This document shows positions 27,969 to 38,010 of a stretch of 64,000 nucleotides of DNA, in pieces (position 1 is the stretch's first letter; each line of letters opens with the position of its first letter). This stretch comes from Bacteroidota bacterium. Lineage in GTDB: Bacteria; Bacteroidota; Bacteroidia; Bacteroidales; VadinHA17. The notes beneath the pieces are model-generated. The model did no database searches and was not told where the DNA came from. It saw only the letters and a program-made list of their open reading frames with translations. The stretch lies in assembly GCA_029564935.1 (NCBI GenBank), contig JAKQPD010000406.1, positions 152 through 64,151 on the forward strand, in the 5' to 3' direction. Made by a program: the position numbers and the translations under genes.

Positions 27969-28901
27969 ATGGCAGTCAATTTCTTTTATTTCTTTATTTT
28001 CCCGGGACTGCTTTTCACCGCGGTTACAGGAGCATTTCTGTCATGGTTCGACAGGAAGATCACTGCCAGGGTTCAGTTCCGCAAGGGACCTCCTCTGCTG
28101 CAACCGTTTTATGATTTTTTCAAACTTTTACTTGTTAAGGAAACTATTCTCCCGAAACACGGATCTCCTGTCCTGTTTCTGCTGGCTCCTGTTTTCGGGG
28201 TTATCGGAGCTGTACTGGCAGGTATTTTCATCCTGTTGCCTCTGTTTGACATAACCACGGGATTCAAAGGAGATCTCCTGGTCATCTTTTACCTGCTTAC
28301 AATCCCGTCGTTTTCTTACATAACAGGTTCTCTGGCTTCCGGAAATCCGCTAGCTGCTATCGGGGGATCGAGGGAAATGAAGCTCATTATGAGTTACGAG
28401 CTTACATTCCTGCTCTTTATTGCAGGAATAATCATGAAATGTGATCAGCAGTTCGACCTGTATAATATCATTCACGCACAACAGACAGGGTCACCTTTTA
28501 TTGCAAGCATATCCGGGGTGCTTCTTTTTATTGTTGGTGTATTCTGTATCCAGGCAAAACTGGCATTGGTCCCCTTTGATATGCCTGAAGCAGAAGCAGA
28601 GATAACAGAAGGTATATTCATTGAATATTCAGGCCCGGCATATGCGCTGATAAAACTCACAAAATATATTATGATCTTCATCCTTCCGGCACTTCTTGTT
28701 GCAGTACTGATGAACGGATTCAGGCTCGAAGGGATAAATATTTTGTGGGCAGTGCTTAAAATACTGCTGGTTGTTCTGATATTAACACTGATAAGGAATA
28801 CAAATCCAAGGATTAAGATAAAGCAGGCTATCGGCTTCTTCATGATCTGGATGAATCTGATAGCTGTTATTGCACTGGTTTTGATTTCGTTTGGCTATTA
28901 A
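27969..28901 (+). CDS. NuoH/HycD/MbhM-like membrane subunit
   Basis: 310 aa, polytopic. N-terminal DRKITARVQFRKGPP motif. Confidence 0.85.
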   Translation: MAVNFFYFFIFPGLLFTAVTGAFLSWFDRKITARVQFRKGPPLLQPFYDFFKLLLVKETILPKHGSPVLFLLAPVFGVIGAVLAGIFILLPLFDITTGFKGDLLVIFYLLTIPSFSYITGSLASGNPLAAIGGSREMKLIMSYELTFLLFIAGIIMKCDQQFDLYNIIHAQQTGSPFIASISGVLLFIVGVFCIQAKLALVPFDMPEAEAEITEGIFIEYSGPAYALIKLTKYIMIFILPALLVAVLMNGFRLEGINILWAVLKILLVVLILTLIRNTNPRIKIKQAIGFFMIWMNLIAVIALVLISFGY

Positions 28902-29322
28902 AATTAAGAAAGTGGGATTTAAGAATTATTGCTTTAAAAAATCACTGTGGGTCTTTCATTTCGGAGGGGCCTCCTGCAATAATTGCGATATTGAGATACT
29001 TGATTGTCTCACGCCGAGGTATGATCTTGAACGTTTCGGGATCCTTCTGGTCGGAAGCATAAGACATGCTGATGTACTTCTTGTTAACGGATCAATTAAT
29101 AAGCGCGATAAAGACAGGTTGATTGAAATATATAATCAGGCGCCCAAACCAATACTGGTGGTAGCAATAGGGGCATGCGGCTGCACAGGCGGGATATTTG
29201 CCGAAGGGATTACGTTTGCCGGACCGGTTGACAGGATTATCCCTGTTGATGCTTATATACCAGGGTGTCCGCCAAAGCCGGAAGCGATAATTGCCGGGAT
29301 AGTGAAACTGGCGGGGAGATAG
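28891..29322 (+). CDS. NuoB/HycG/MbhJ-like [NiFe]-hydrogenase small subunit
   Basis: GGASCNNCDIE, GACGCTGGIF and IPGCPPKPEAI. Confidence 0.9.
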   Translation: MAIKIKKVGFKNYCFKKSLWVFHFGGASCNNCDIEILDCLTPRYDLERFGILLVGSIRHADVLLVNGSINKRDKDRLIEIYNQAPKPILVVAIGACGCTGGIFAEGITFAGPVDRIIPVDAYIPGCPPKPEAIIAGIVKLAGR

Positions 29323-29354
29323 TGAGGTGTGAGGGGTGAGTTTAAAATAACTGG

Positions 29355-29807
29355 TTGGAACGATATACAATGGAAACGGATCTGGTAATAGAAAAATTAA
29401 AGAAGAGCTTCGATACTGAGGTACTTAAAGTGACAAAGAAGAGCGAGAGGCGGGCAACGGTATCAGTGAAACCGGAATCCATTGTCAGAATCGCTGAGTA
29501 TCTGTACAAGACTGCAGGATTAAGGTTCATAATAGCTTCAGCCCTTCATACAAAAAGAGGATTTGAGATCAATTATCACTTCAGTCTTGATTCAACAGGA
29601 CTTGTCCTTAACATTCATGTGATAATTAACAGGGAAAATCCTCAGATAGAGTCTCTTTCAAATTTATTCAATGCATCAAACTGGATCGAGAGGGAGATTC
29701 ATGAATTATTTGGAATTGACTTTCTGAATCATCCCAACCAGGAAAAGCTTATATCTGAAGGTAACTGGGCTGAAGGTGTTTATCCTTACAGGAAAGAGTT
29801 TAAATAA
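29355..29807 (+). CDS. NuoC/MbhK-like subunit
   Basis: 150 aa. NWIEREIHELFGIDFLNHPN motif. Confidence 0.85.
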   Translation: MERYTMETDLVIEKLKKSFDTEVLKVTKKSERRATVSVKPESIVRIAEYLYKTAGLRFIIASALHTKRGFEINYHFSLDSTGLVLNIHVIINRENPQIESLSNLFNASNWIEREIHELFGIDFLNHPNQEKLISEGNWAEGVYPYRKEFK

Positions 29808-29818
29808 GAACTGGCAAA

Positions 29819-31015
29819 ATGGGTACAAAAACGCTCATACCGATTGGTCCCTATCATCCTCTGCAGGAAGAACCTGAGCTGTTCAAGCTATTCTGCGACG
29901 GTGAGATCGTAAAGGATATAAAGTGGGAAACGGGATATAATCACAGGGGGATTGAGAAGCTCAGTGAATCAAAAACCTATGATCAGGTCTTCTTCCTTGT
30001 CGAGCGGATTTGCGGGATATGTTCCACCTCTCATCCCTTTGCTTTTGCCAATGCTGTTGAGGAGATTGCCGGTATTGATATAACTGACAGGACCAGATAT
30101 ATTAGGTCCATAATCGGTGAACTTGAAAGGATCCATAGTCATCTCCTGTGGGTTGGTCTGGCAGGTCATTTCCTGGGATATAATACTGTTTTCATGTGGG
30201 CCTGGAAGTACCGTGAGCCCATTCTCGATCTGTTTGAGATGATAACCGGTAACAGGAACAGTTATGCAATGTTCAAGGTCGGAGGTGTGCGCCGGGATAT
30301 TGAAAACAATAAAATTTCCACAATAAGAAAAACCCTTTCCGATGTAAAGAAGAAAACAGATCTGCTCACAGGTGCAGTGATGGATGATCCCGTTATACAT
30401 GCCAGGACAAAGGGAGTCGGTGTACTTACCAGACAGGACATTAGTGACTTTGGCGCTGTAGGTCCGACTGCAAGGGCTTCCGGTGTTTCTATAGATATAA
30501 GAAGAGATGATCCTTATGCTGCATATCCGCTTGTCAGCTGGAAGGTGATCACAGCGGAAGAGGGTGATGTTTTTGCAAAAGTGAAGGTAAGATTACTGGA
30601 GATGTATGAATCCATCTCAATTATTGAACAATGTCTTGGCGGACTTGAAAAAACCCCGGAGGGAGATATTGCAGTTAAGGTGAATGAGATACCTGAAGGT
30701 TCCGGGACAGGCCGCGCAGAGGCTCCCAGAGGGGAAGTCTTTCATTTTGTGGTTTCTGACGGCTCTAATTCTCCGGTAAGGCACAAGATCAGAGCTCCAA
30801 GCTATGTCAATATTGCAACCTTTAAGAAATCCTGTATCGGTCAGACTATTTCAGATGCAACTATCTCACTGGCAGCGGTCGATCCTTGTTACTGCTGCAC
30901 GGAACGAATGGCCGTGGCCCTCGACATTAATTCCGGAAGGAAATTGATGAACGCGAAAGAGCTTATAGAACTATCACTTAAAAGAACAATTGAGCTGAAG
31001 AAAAAAATAACATAG
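29819..31015 (+). CDS. Group-4 [NiFe]-hydrogenase large subunit (MbhL/HycE/EchE/NuoD-like)
   Basis: N-terminal RICGICSTSH and C-terminal DPCYCCTER Ni-Fe ligand motifs are intact. A tail of about 32 aa follows the CxxC-xx-R, consistent with proteolytic maturation. Confidence 0.92.
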   Translation: MGTKTLIPIGPYHPLQEEPELFKLFCDGEIVKDIKWETGYNHRGIEKLSESKTYDQVFFLVERICGICSTSHPFAFANAVEEIAGIDITDRTRYIRSIIGELERIHSHLLWVGLAGHFLGYNTVFMWAWKYREPILDLFEMITGNRNSYAMFKVGGVRRDIENNKISTIRKTLSDVKKKTDLLTGAVMDDPVIHARTKGVGVLTRQDISDFGAVGPTARASGVSIDIRRDDPYAAYPLVSWKVITAEEGDVFAKVKVRLLEMYESISIIEQCLGGLEKTPEGDIAVKVNEIPEGSGTGRAEAPRGEVFHFVVSDGSNSPVRHKIRAPSYVNIATFKKSCIGQTISDATISLAAVDPCYCCTERMAVALDINSGRKLMNAKELIELSLKRTIELKKKIT

Positions 31016-31017
31016 AA

Positions 31018-32916
31018 ATGAGCGGATTATTCTCAATAGTATCAAATCCTTCAGTTTGTAAATTCCTTCAACTTCTGATATTGCTTCCTTTTCTTGCAGG
31101 TATTGTTCTGTTTCTGGTACCGGAAAAGTATCTGAAAGCTAAAGGTTACTTTGCACTGCTGATCAGCCTTATTACCGGTTACTTAACAATTCCCTTTTTC
31201 ACATCGGCGGCTCAGATTGTTACTCTTGAGGGGATTATGGACAGGACCTGCAATGTGCTTCTGGGTTCGGATCTGACAGACGGTGCAGAAAGCTTCTTTA
31301 CATTCTCGGTCGACAACCTGAGCAAGCTTATCATCCTGTTTATAAGCCTTTTTTCGATACTAATACTTATTTATTCAATAATATATATAAAGAAAGGAAG
31401 GGCAAAGCATTACTATCAATGGTTCCTGATCACACTCGGATGTTCATATGGTGCAGTTCTGGCAGATAATCTTATAATGTTTCTTATCTTCTGGGGTATT
31501 CTTGGCATTACCCTTTATAAGCTTATCCCGGGCAGGGATGAAGATAGTTCGGCCACTGCAAAGAAAACTCTTATACTCATCGGAGGCTCGGATTCAATAA
31601 TGATCATTGGTATTGCCATGGTTTACAGGCTGACGGGATCTTTCAGCATTGATTCCGTATCTCTTACCACGGACAACATCCTTTCTGTGACAGCCTTTAT
31701 TGCTCTGCTTATCGGATGTTTCACAAAAGCAGGCGCCTTCCCCTTCCATACATGGGTACCCGATTATGCAAAAGATGCTCCGGCATCCTCTTCAGCAATC
31801 CTGCCGGCTTCTCTTGATAAACTTCTTGGGATCTATTTCCTTGCCAGAATTACGACGGATATTTTCATAATGAATGATGCTATGAGACTCGTCCTGCTGA
31901 TCACCGGATCAATCTCAATAATTGCTGCTGTGATGATGGCCCTTGTACAACACAATTACAAGCGTCTGCTGGGCTTTCATGCAGTATCGCAGGTAGGTTA
32001 TATGATCCTTGGTTTTGGTCTTGGTTCGATGATCGGAGTTGCCGCCGGCTTGTTCCATATGATAAATAATGCCCTTTATAAAAGCGGCCTTTTCCTTACA
32101 GCCGGAAATGTAGAATACAGGACGGGAGAGGTGAATATTGACGACCTTGGAGGTCTGTCGACGAAAATGCCCGTAACATTTATAACGGCAATGATATTTG
32201 CGGTATCTATTTCGGGCGTCCCTCCATTCAACGGATTTGCTTCAAAATGGATGATATATCAGGGGATAATCGAGTCAGGAGCACAGGAAGGAATTGCAGC
32301 AAAACTATGGGTACTATGGCTTGGACTTGCTGTGCTTGGGTCTGCGCTGACCCTTGCGAGCTTTATCAAATTCATCGGGGGCATTTTCCTTGGCCGCCGG
32401 AAAGAATCACTTGAAAATGTCCGCGAAGTACCAGTCCTGATGTGGCTGCCTTCAGCCATTCTGGCTCTATTTTGTACCGCATTCGGGATCTTCGCAACAA
32501 ATCTTGTCGTGAAAGGACTTTTCATGCCTGTAACCGGAGAATTTCAATTCGCAGGATTCTGGGATTCCTCATTTGTTTCACTTCTTGTAATAATATCATT
32601 AGTATTCGGACTGATATTCTATCTTATACTGAACTATAGGAATTTCAGGAGAGAAGACAGTTTTATAGGGGGTGAAAGAATTCAGGATCATACTGCTTAT
32701 CCGGCACATGAATTCTACAAAACGTTGTCGGAGTTTGGGTTTATTTCGGGTATTTATAAAAGAGCCGAAGAGAAATGGTTTGACATTTATGATCTGTCAA
32801 AAAGGTTTGTACTCCGGCTGAGCCACATTTTCAGCGAGGCACACACGGGAGTTCTGCCGGGTTATATAATCTGGGTCTGTGCCGGACTGATAATCATGCT
32901 GATAATCATGATATAA
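31018..32916 (+). CDS. MrpA/NuoL-like antiporter subunit
   Basis: 632 aa, polytopic. FPFHTWVPDYAKDAPASSSAIL motif. Confidence 0.85.
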   Translation: MSGLFSIVSNPSVCKFLQLLILLPFLAGIVLFLVPEKYLKAKGYFALLISLITGYLTIPFFTSAAQIVTLEGIMDRTCNVLLGSDLTDGAESFFTFSVDNLSKLIILFISLFSILILIYSIIYIKKGRAKHYYQWFLITLGCSYGAVLADNLIMFLIFWGILGITLYKLIPGRDEDSSATAKKTLILIGGSDSIMIIGIAMVYRLTGSFSIDSVSLTTDNILSVTAFIALLIGCFTKAGAFPFHTWVPDYAKDAPASSSAILPASLDKLLGIYFLARITTDIFIMNDAMRLVLLITGSISIIAAVMMALVQHNYKRLLGFHAVSQVGYMILGFGLGSMIGVAAGLFHMINNALYKSGLFLTAGNVEYRTGEVNIDDLGGLSTKMPVTFITAMIFAVSISGVPPFNGFASKWMIYQGIIESGAQEGIAAKLWVLWLGLAVLGSALTLASFIKFIGGIFLGRRKESLENVREVPVLMWLPSAILALFCTAFGIFATNLVVKGLFMPVTGEFQFAGFWDSSFVSLLVIISLVFGLIFYLILNYRNFRREDSFIGGERIQDHTAYPAHEFYKTLSEFGFISGIYKRAEEKWFDIYDLSKRFVLRLSHIFSEAHTGVLPGYIIWVCAGLIIMLIIMI

Positions 32917-32930
32917 ATTACATAATCCAG

Positions 32931-33458
32931 ATGGAAATTGCAATATCCGTAATAACAGGACTAATGATTGTGGGGGCATTATTTGCAATCCATGCAAAGG
33001 ATCTTCTTTCAGCAGTAATTGCATGCGGGATAGTGGGTTATGGCCTTGTAATATGTTTCCTGCTGTTAAAGGCTCCGGATCTGGCAATTGTTCAGATAGT
33101 AGTTGAAACGATTTCATTGATAATAATGGTTGCAGTGGTGCTTGACAGTTCGAGGGAAGAGCTCTATTCCAAACCCGACACGCAGAGTTATGTAAATGCT
33201 GTAACTGCAATATTCGTTGTAATTGTTTTGTTCTGGTTTTTCAGGGCTGCAGCAAACGTCCTGAGCCCGTTTGGTGATAGCACTCTGAGGATGGCTGAAC
33301 CGTATATTGAGGGGGCGATGTCAAAAACGGGCAGTGCCAATCTCGTTACAGGGGTGGTCTTTGATTTCAGGGGATATGATACACTGGGCGAAGCTACGGT
33401 GCTGGTAACAGCGGTGCTGGGGGTATTGACGATTTTGAGGGTGAAGGGGAGGAAGTGA
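32931..33458 (+). CDS. MrpA C-terminal / MbhE-like (DUF4040-type) membrane subunit
   Basis: 175 aa. VVFDFRGYDTLGEATVL motif. Confidence 0.75.
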   Translation: MEIAISVITGLMIVGALFAIHAKDLLSAVIACGIVGYGLVICFLLLKAPDLAIVQIVVETISLIIMVAVVLDSSREELYSKPDTQSYVNAVTAIFVVIVLFWFFRAAANVLSPFGDSTLRMAEPYIEGAMSKTGSANLVTGVVFDFRGYDTLGEATVLVTAVLGVLTILRVKGRK

Positions 33459-33479
33459 GGCATTGGAGTAATTCGATAA

Positions 33480-33526
33480 GGATTGCTTCGTCGTCCCGCC
33501 TTATGCGGGACTCCTCACAATGACGG
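33480..33526. repeat. REP-like palindromic element, copy 1 (short form)
   Basis: GGATTGCTTCGTCGTCCCGC-cttat-GCGGGACTCCTCACAATGACGG. It is the reverse complement of the arms of the element at 63146-63220, with one arm mismatch. Confidence 0.9.
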
Positions 33527-33536
33527 TAACTAAAGA

Positions 33537-33989
33537 TTGATCTATGAGAGTATGAAAGGGATGACAGTAATAGTAAAGAAAACGACGCAGCTGATTGCAG
33601 GGCTTGTATTTCTTTATGGTATTTATGTGATCGTCCATGGTCACCTTACACCGGGAGGCGGATTTGCCGGAGGAGTAATCATTGCAGGATCATTTATCCT
33701 CCTCATTCTTGCCTTCGGAAGCGATTTCATGAAATTGACAAAGGAGGAATCGGGATCGACACTTTATGAGAACCTTGCCATTCTCATTGTGGCATTCCTG
33801 GCATGTTCCGGATTAATTTTCGGTACAGGGATATTTTTCCTGAACTGGTTACCTAAAGGAACAGCCGGTGAACTGATAAGCGCAGGGATCATTCCCCTGT
33901 ATAATATTTTTGTCGGTATAGAAGTTGCCGCATCCATACTTACTATTTTTCTTGCACTAATAATTTTCAAGGAGGAGATGCCCGAATGA
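33537..33989 (+). CDS. MrpB/MbhF-like antiporter subunit
   Basis: GHLTPGGGFAGGVIIAG motif. Alternative ATG start at 33552. Confidence 0.85.
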   Translation: MIYESMKGMTVIVKKTTQLIAGLVFLYGIYVIVHGHLTPGGGFAGGVIIAGSFILLILAFGSDFMKLTKEESGSTLYENLAILIVAFLACSGLIFGTGIFFLNWLPKGTAGELISAGIIPLYNIFVGIEVAASILTIFLALIIFKEEMPE

Positions 33990-34324
33990 TACCATACCTG
34001 ATGTGTTTTGGATTGTTCCTTACAGGCCTGTATGGCATAATTACAAGAAGAAACCTTGTGAAAATAGCCATTTCGCTTTCCGTTATGGAATTCAGTACCT
34101 TCCTTTTCCTGGCGCTGATCGGATATATTGAAGGCGGAACAGCGCCGATTGTTGATCCTGCCGATCCGGTAAAAGTATATGTAGATCCCTTACCCCAGGC
34201 GCTTGTTCTGACCGCCATTGTGATCGGACTTGCCACAACGGCAATGATAATGGCCGTTATCATAAGGATCTACAGAAAATACGGAACATTTGATATAAGA
34301 GAGATTAAAAACCTCAAAGGATAG
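33986..34324 (+). CDS. MrpC/NuoK-like antiporter subunit
   Basis: 112 aa with 3 TM helices. GLYGIITRRNLVKIAISLSVME motif. Confidence 0.85.
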   Translation: MIPYLMCFGLFLTGLYGIITRRNLVKIAISLSVMEFSTFLFLALIGYIEGGTAPIVDPADPVKVYVDPLPQALVLTAIVIGLATTAMIMAVIIRIYRKYGTFDIREIKNLKG

Positions 34325-34327
34325 ATT

Positions 34328-35866
34328 ATGAATCCGCTGATCCCTTTATTTGTAATAATACCCCTGGCCGGAGCCTTCCTTATAATGATTATTGGCAGGT
34401 TCATCAGGGATTTCGATAAGTATTTTGCCACACTAGTACTTCTTTTTCTGGCTGTGGTCAGCTTCTGGTTTCTTTTCTCTACAGGTGAGAAGGTTACAGT
34501 ATATAAAGCAGGCGGCTGGGAGCCTGTCAACGGTGTCCCTGTCGGTATTTACATGGTCCTCGACGGATTCAATACCCTGGTTTTGTGTATAATAAATCTT
34601 ATCGGATTCCTTTCGGTCTTTTATTCAATATCCTATATGAACAGATATACCTCCGGAAATTATTTCTACTCACTTTTCTGCCTCATGGTAGCAGGAATGA
34701 ACGGAGTAGTAATAAGCGGAGATATCTTTAACATTTTCGTATTTCTTGAGATATCGGCAATCTCATCTTATGCGCTTGTTGCATTCGGGGTTGAAAAGAA
34801 TGAACTTGAAGCGACTTTTAAATACCAGGTTCTGGGTGGTATCGCATCGTTTATGATACTTTTCGGAATAGGATTCATCTACTGGAAAGCCAAAACCCTT
34901 AACATTGCCGATATCCGTATTGTGTTCAGTACAGGATATGACAGGACATACTATCTTTTTGTGCAGATCCTCCTTTTAGCCGGATTTGGTCTGAAGGCAG
35001 CAATAATGCCTTTCCACGCATGGCTTCCCGATGCGCATTCATCAGCACCTTCCCCGATTTCTGCGATGCTTTCGGGGGTTCTGATCAAGGCTGTCGGAAT
35101 ATATGTGATTATCAGGTTGTTTTTTAACATGTTCGCCATCAGTCAGGCCATGTCTGTACTTATCACATCACTTGGTGCACTGTCGATGCTGATCGGTGTC
35201 TTGCTGGCCATAGGGCAATGGGATATCAAACGGCTGCTTGCATACCACAGCATCAGTCAGATGGGATATGTTGTCCTTTCTGTCGGGATCGGGATGATGC
35301 TGATTTCAAAGGGAATGAGAAACGAAATTGCCGCACTTGCAATAGCAGGCGGAATATTTCACCTGATAAACCATGCTGCATTTAAAGGGTTGCTATTCCT
35401 CAATGCCGGGGCAATAGAATATGCTGCAGGGACTCGTGATCTTCATGAGATGGGTGGTCTGGCCAGGCAGATGCCGGCTACTGCTGCCACATCCTTTACC
35501 GCATCAATGGCAATTTCCGGCATACCACCCTTTAACGGATTCTTCAGTAAGCTCATAATAATCGTTGCAGCTGTGATGGCAAGATATTACCTACTTGCAG
35601 TACTTGCCGTGATAGTCAGCATTATTACGCTGGCGTCATTTCTTAAATTTCAGCGCTATGCATTTTTTAATAAATCTGAAGGCCCGAACACAGGAAAAAT
35701 CAGGGAAGTTCCTTTCCCGATGGTGTTCAGCATGATAATATTAAGCATTATCTGCTTGCTTCTCAGTCTGCTGGTATTGCCCGGCATTAGGGAAACAATT
35801 CTTACACCGGCAACGGATATACTTATGGATCCGTCAAAATATCCATCTCAAATAACTGGCATATGA
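34328..35866 (+). CDS. MrpD/NuoM/N-like antiporter subunit
   Basis: 512 aa, polytopic. MPFHAWLPDAHSSAPSPISAMLSG motif. Confidence 0.88.
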   Translation: MNPLIPLFVIIPLAGAFLIMIIGRFIRDFDKYFATLVLLFLAVVSFWFLFSTGEKVTVYKAGGWEPVNGVPVGIYMVLDGFNTLVLCIINLIGFLSVFYSISYMNRYTSGNYFYSLFCLMVAGMNGVVISGDIFNIFVFLEISAISSYALVAFGVEKNELEATFKYQVLGGIASFMILFGIGFIYWKAKTLNIADIRIVFSTGYDRTYYLFVQILLLAGFGLKAAIMPFHAWLPDAHSSAPSPISAMLSGVLIKAVGIYVIIRLFFNMFAISQAMSVLITSLGALSMLIGVLLAIGQWDIKRLLAYHSISQMGYVVLSVGIGMMLISKGMRNEIAALAIAGGIFHLINHAAFKGLLFLNAGAIEYAAGTRDLHEMGGLARQMPATAATSFTASMAISGIPPFNGFFSKLIIIVAAVMARYYLLAVLAVIVSIITLASFLKFQRYAFFNKSEGPNTGKIREVPFPMVFSMIILSIICLLLSLLVLPGIRETILTPATDILMDPSKYPSQITGI

Positions 35867-36351
35867 GGAGATATATAGCTGTATTCATATTATCACTGAT
35901 ATTCTGGTTACTGCTAACCTTCAGGATCACTGTCCCCAATATCATTACCGGTTCGGTGGCTTCAGCACTTACCTCCGCAATTTTCGCCAGGTATTATTTC
36001 AATAATGTCTATAAGTATCTTCAGCCCGCCAGGTGGTTCTGGTTTCTGATTTATCTTATTGTTTTCCTGTGGGCATGCATAAAAGCTAATTTCGATGTAG
36101 CTTACAGGGTTCTTCATCCCGCAATGCCGATCAAACCCGGTATAGTAAAAGTTAGAACAACTCTCAGATCGGAATTTGCAAAAACCATTCTTGCCAATTC
36201 CATAACAATGACACCGGGAACAATCACAGTCGATATTATTGAGAATGATTTCTATATCCACTGGATTTATGTAAGTTCCGATGATCCCGAGGTTTATACT
36301 AAGAAAATCACCGGGAATTTTGAAAAATACATTAAAAGATTTGCAGAATGA
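35863..36351 (+). CDS. MrpE-like subunit
   Basis: 162 aa. NFDVAYRVLHPAMPIKPGIVKV motif. Confidence 0.8.
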   Translation: MRRYIAVFILSLIFWLLLTFRITVPNIITGSVASALTSAIFARYYFNNVYKYLQPARWFWFLIYLIVFLWACIKANFDVAYRVLHPAMPIKPGIVKVRTTLRSEFAKTILANSITMTPGTITVDIIENDFYIHWIYVSSDDPEVYTKKITGNFEKYIKRFAE

Positions 36352-36614
36352 ATGAATTACTTAACATACTGCTCTATATCCAGATCGGTCTGAGTGCGGC
36401 CTGTCTTTACAGGATCATCAGGGGACCCACAATTCCCGACAGGATGGTAGGCATAGATATCTTTGGCATACTGGTTGTCGGCATCTGTGCAATAATCTCA
36501 ATCCAAACCGAAAGATCATTCATCCTTGACATCGGTATTGCCTGGATAATTTTAAGCTTCACGGGAACCCTGACACTTGCAAAATATCTGAGCGGGAAAA
36601 AATTAAACGAGTAA
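36348..36614 (+). CDS. MrpF-like subunit
   Basis: 88 aa. YRIIRGPTIPDRMVGIDI motif. Confidence 0.8.
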   Translation: MNELLNILLYIQIGLSAACLYRIIRGPTIPDRMVGIDIFGILVVGICAIISIQTERSFILDIGIAWIILSFTGTLTLAKYLSGKKLNE

Positions 36615-36615
36615 T

Positions 36616-36933
36616 ATGGCTACAATAATATTTATTTGTATAGGTGTGTTGTTCAATACTTTCGGATGCATAGGGCTGATCCGTCTGCCGGATGTCTATA
36701 ACAGGCTGCAATCGGCCACCAAATGTGTCACACTTGGCTGCTGCAGTATGCTCACCGGGGTGATAATCCATTTCGGGGTAAGTGATGCAGGCGCCAAAGC
36801 GCTGATAGCCATACCGATCCTGTTTTTCAGCTCAACAGTGGCCGCTCATGCCCTTATCAGAGGTTCATATCATTTCGGGACCAGGTTATCTGACAAGACA
36901 GTGAAGGATGATTATAAGGAGGCGGTAAAATGA
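36616..36933 (+). CDS. MrpG-like subunit
   Basis: 105 aa. GLIRLPDVYNRLQSATKCVTLG motif. Confidence 0.85.
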   Translation: MATIIFICIGVLFNTFGCIGLIRLPDVYNRLQSATKCVTLGCCSMLTGVIIHFGVSDAGAKALIAIPILFFSSTVAAHALIRGSYHFGTRLSDKTVKDDYKEAVK

Positions 36934-37550
36934 AATATCCAAAGCTCAGAGAATTAAAAGAAGCCGTAATCTCACTGGTAACGCCGGCATACACTTCAAA
37001 ATTCCCGGCTGAGCCTCATGTTCCGTTTGAGAGATTCCGCGGAAAACCTGTTGTCGATGACCGGAACTGTGTCGGTTGCGAGACCTGTGCCAACGTTTGC
37101 CCTCCCCATGCAATTACTTTTAAGGATGATAAAATAAAGAAGATCAGGACCATCACCCGCGATTACGGGAAATGTATATTCTGTGGGATGTGCCAGGAGC
37201 ACTGCATTACAGGTAAGGGAGTTGCTTTATCAGACAAGATATTTGACATAGCTGCATTCGACAGGAAAACTATAATTGAATACCAGGAAAAAGAGTTGCT
37301 TATCTGTGAAAACTGCGGAGCAATCATTACAACGGCAGAACATCTTTATTACATGCACAGGAAACTTGGCCCCAAAGCGTTTTCATCAATCCTTAATCTT
37401 AATATGCTGAACCGGAACCTGAAGCTTGCCGAAGGACAGGATGTTGATGTGGAAATAAAGGACGGACTTAAAAGAAAAGACATGTTTAATATAATTTGTC
37501 CCAACTGCCTGCGCCAGGTCCTTGTAAAATACTTATATAAAGGTGTTTAA
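36930..37550 (+). CDS. NuoI/HycF/MbhN-like 2x[4Fe-4S] subunit
   Basis: CVGCETCANVCPPHAI and CIFCGMCQEHC. An additional CENCG...CPNC pair lies in a C-terminal extension. Confidence 0.85.
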   Translation: MKYPKLRELKEAVISLVTPAYTSKFPAEPHVPFERFRGKPVVDDRNCVGCETCANVCPPHAITFKDDKIKKIRTITRDYGKCIFCGMCQEHCITGKGVALSDKIFDIAAFDRKTIIEYQEKELLICENCGAIITTAEHLYYMHRKLGPKAFSSILNLNMLNRNLKLAEGQDVDVEIKDGLKRKDMFNIICPNCLRQVLVKYLYKGV

Positions 37551-38010
37551 AGAACTCGATAAGATCCTGGAAAATAAGCACGGAAAGATACTTTTTGCAG
37601 GTATCGGGAATGTCCTGAAAAGCGATGACGGAGCCGGAGTATATGTTAGCAACAGGATAATCAGTAATGACAACATCCTTGCTCTTACTGTTGAAACGGG
37701 AATAGAGAATTATATCGGAAAAATAAACTCGCTGAATCCCGATATTCTTGTGTTGATTGATTGTGCGGACATGAACCTTCCTCCGGGAAGTTTCAGCCTA
37801 CTGGATACTAATCACATACAGGACTTAACCTTCAATACACATAACATATCGCTCAGCAGACTGACGGATTTTTTTAATATGCCGGTTTATACTCTCGCAA
37901 TTCAACCGGAAAATATTCATTTTGGAGAAAATATTTCGTATATTGTAAAGGAAATTGCAGATAAAATTATTAACCGAATAAACAGACAGGAGGATCAAAA
38001 ATGGCCGTAG
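37543..38010 (+). CDS. hycI: [NiFe]-hydrogenase maturation endopeptidase (HycI/HybD family)
   Basis: FAGIGNVLKSDDGAGVYV and LIDCADM motifs. 155 aa. Confidence 0.85.
   Translation: MFKELDKILENKHGKILFAGIGNVLKSDDGAGVYVSNRIISNDNILALTVETGIENYIGKINSLNPDILVLIDCADMNLPPGSFSLLDTNHIQDLTFNTHNISLSRLTDFFNMPVYTLAIQPENIHFGENISYIVKEIADKIINRINRQEDQKWP

Noticed and set aside
29819-31015. Possibility that the NuoD-like protein is a non-hydrogenase paralogue (Mbx/Mbs-like or complex-I-like).
   Set aside because: Both CxxC Ni-Fe ligand pairs (RICGICSTSH and DPCYCCTER) are intact, and a HycI-type protease is encoded in the operon. A true hydrogenase is therefore the better call.
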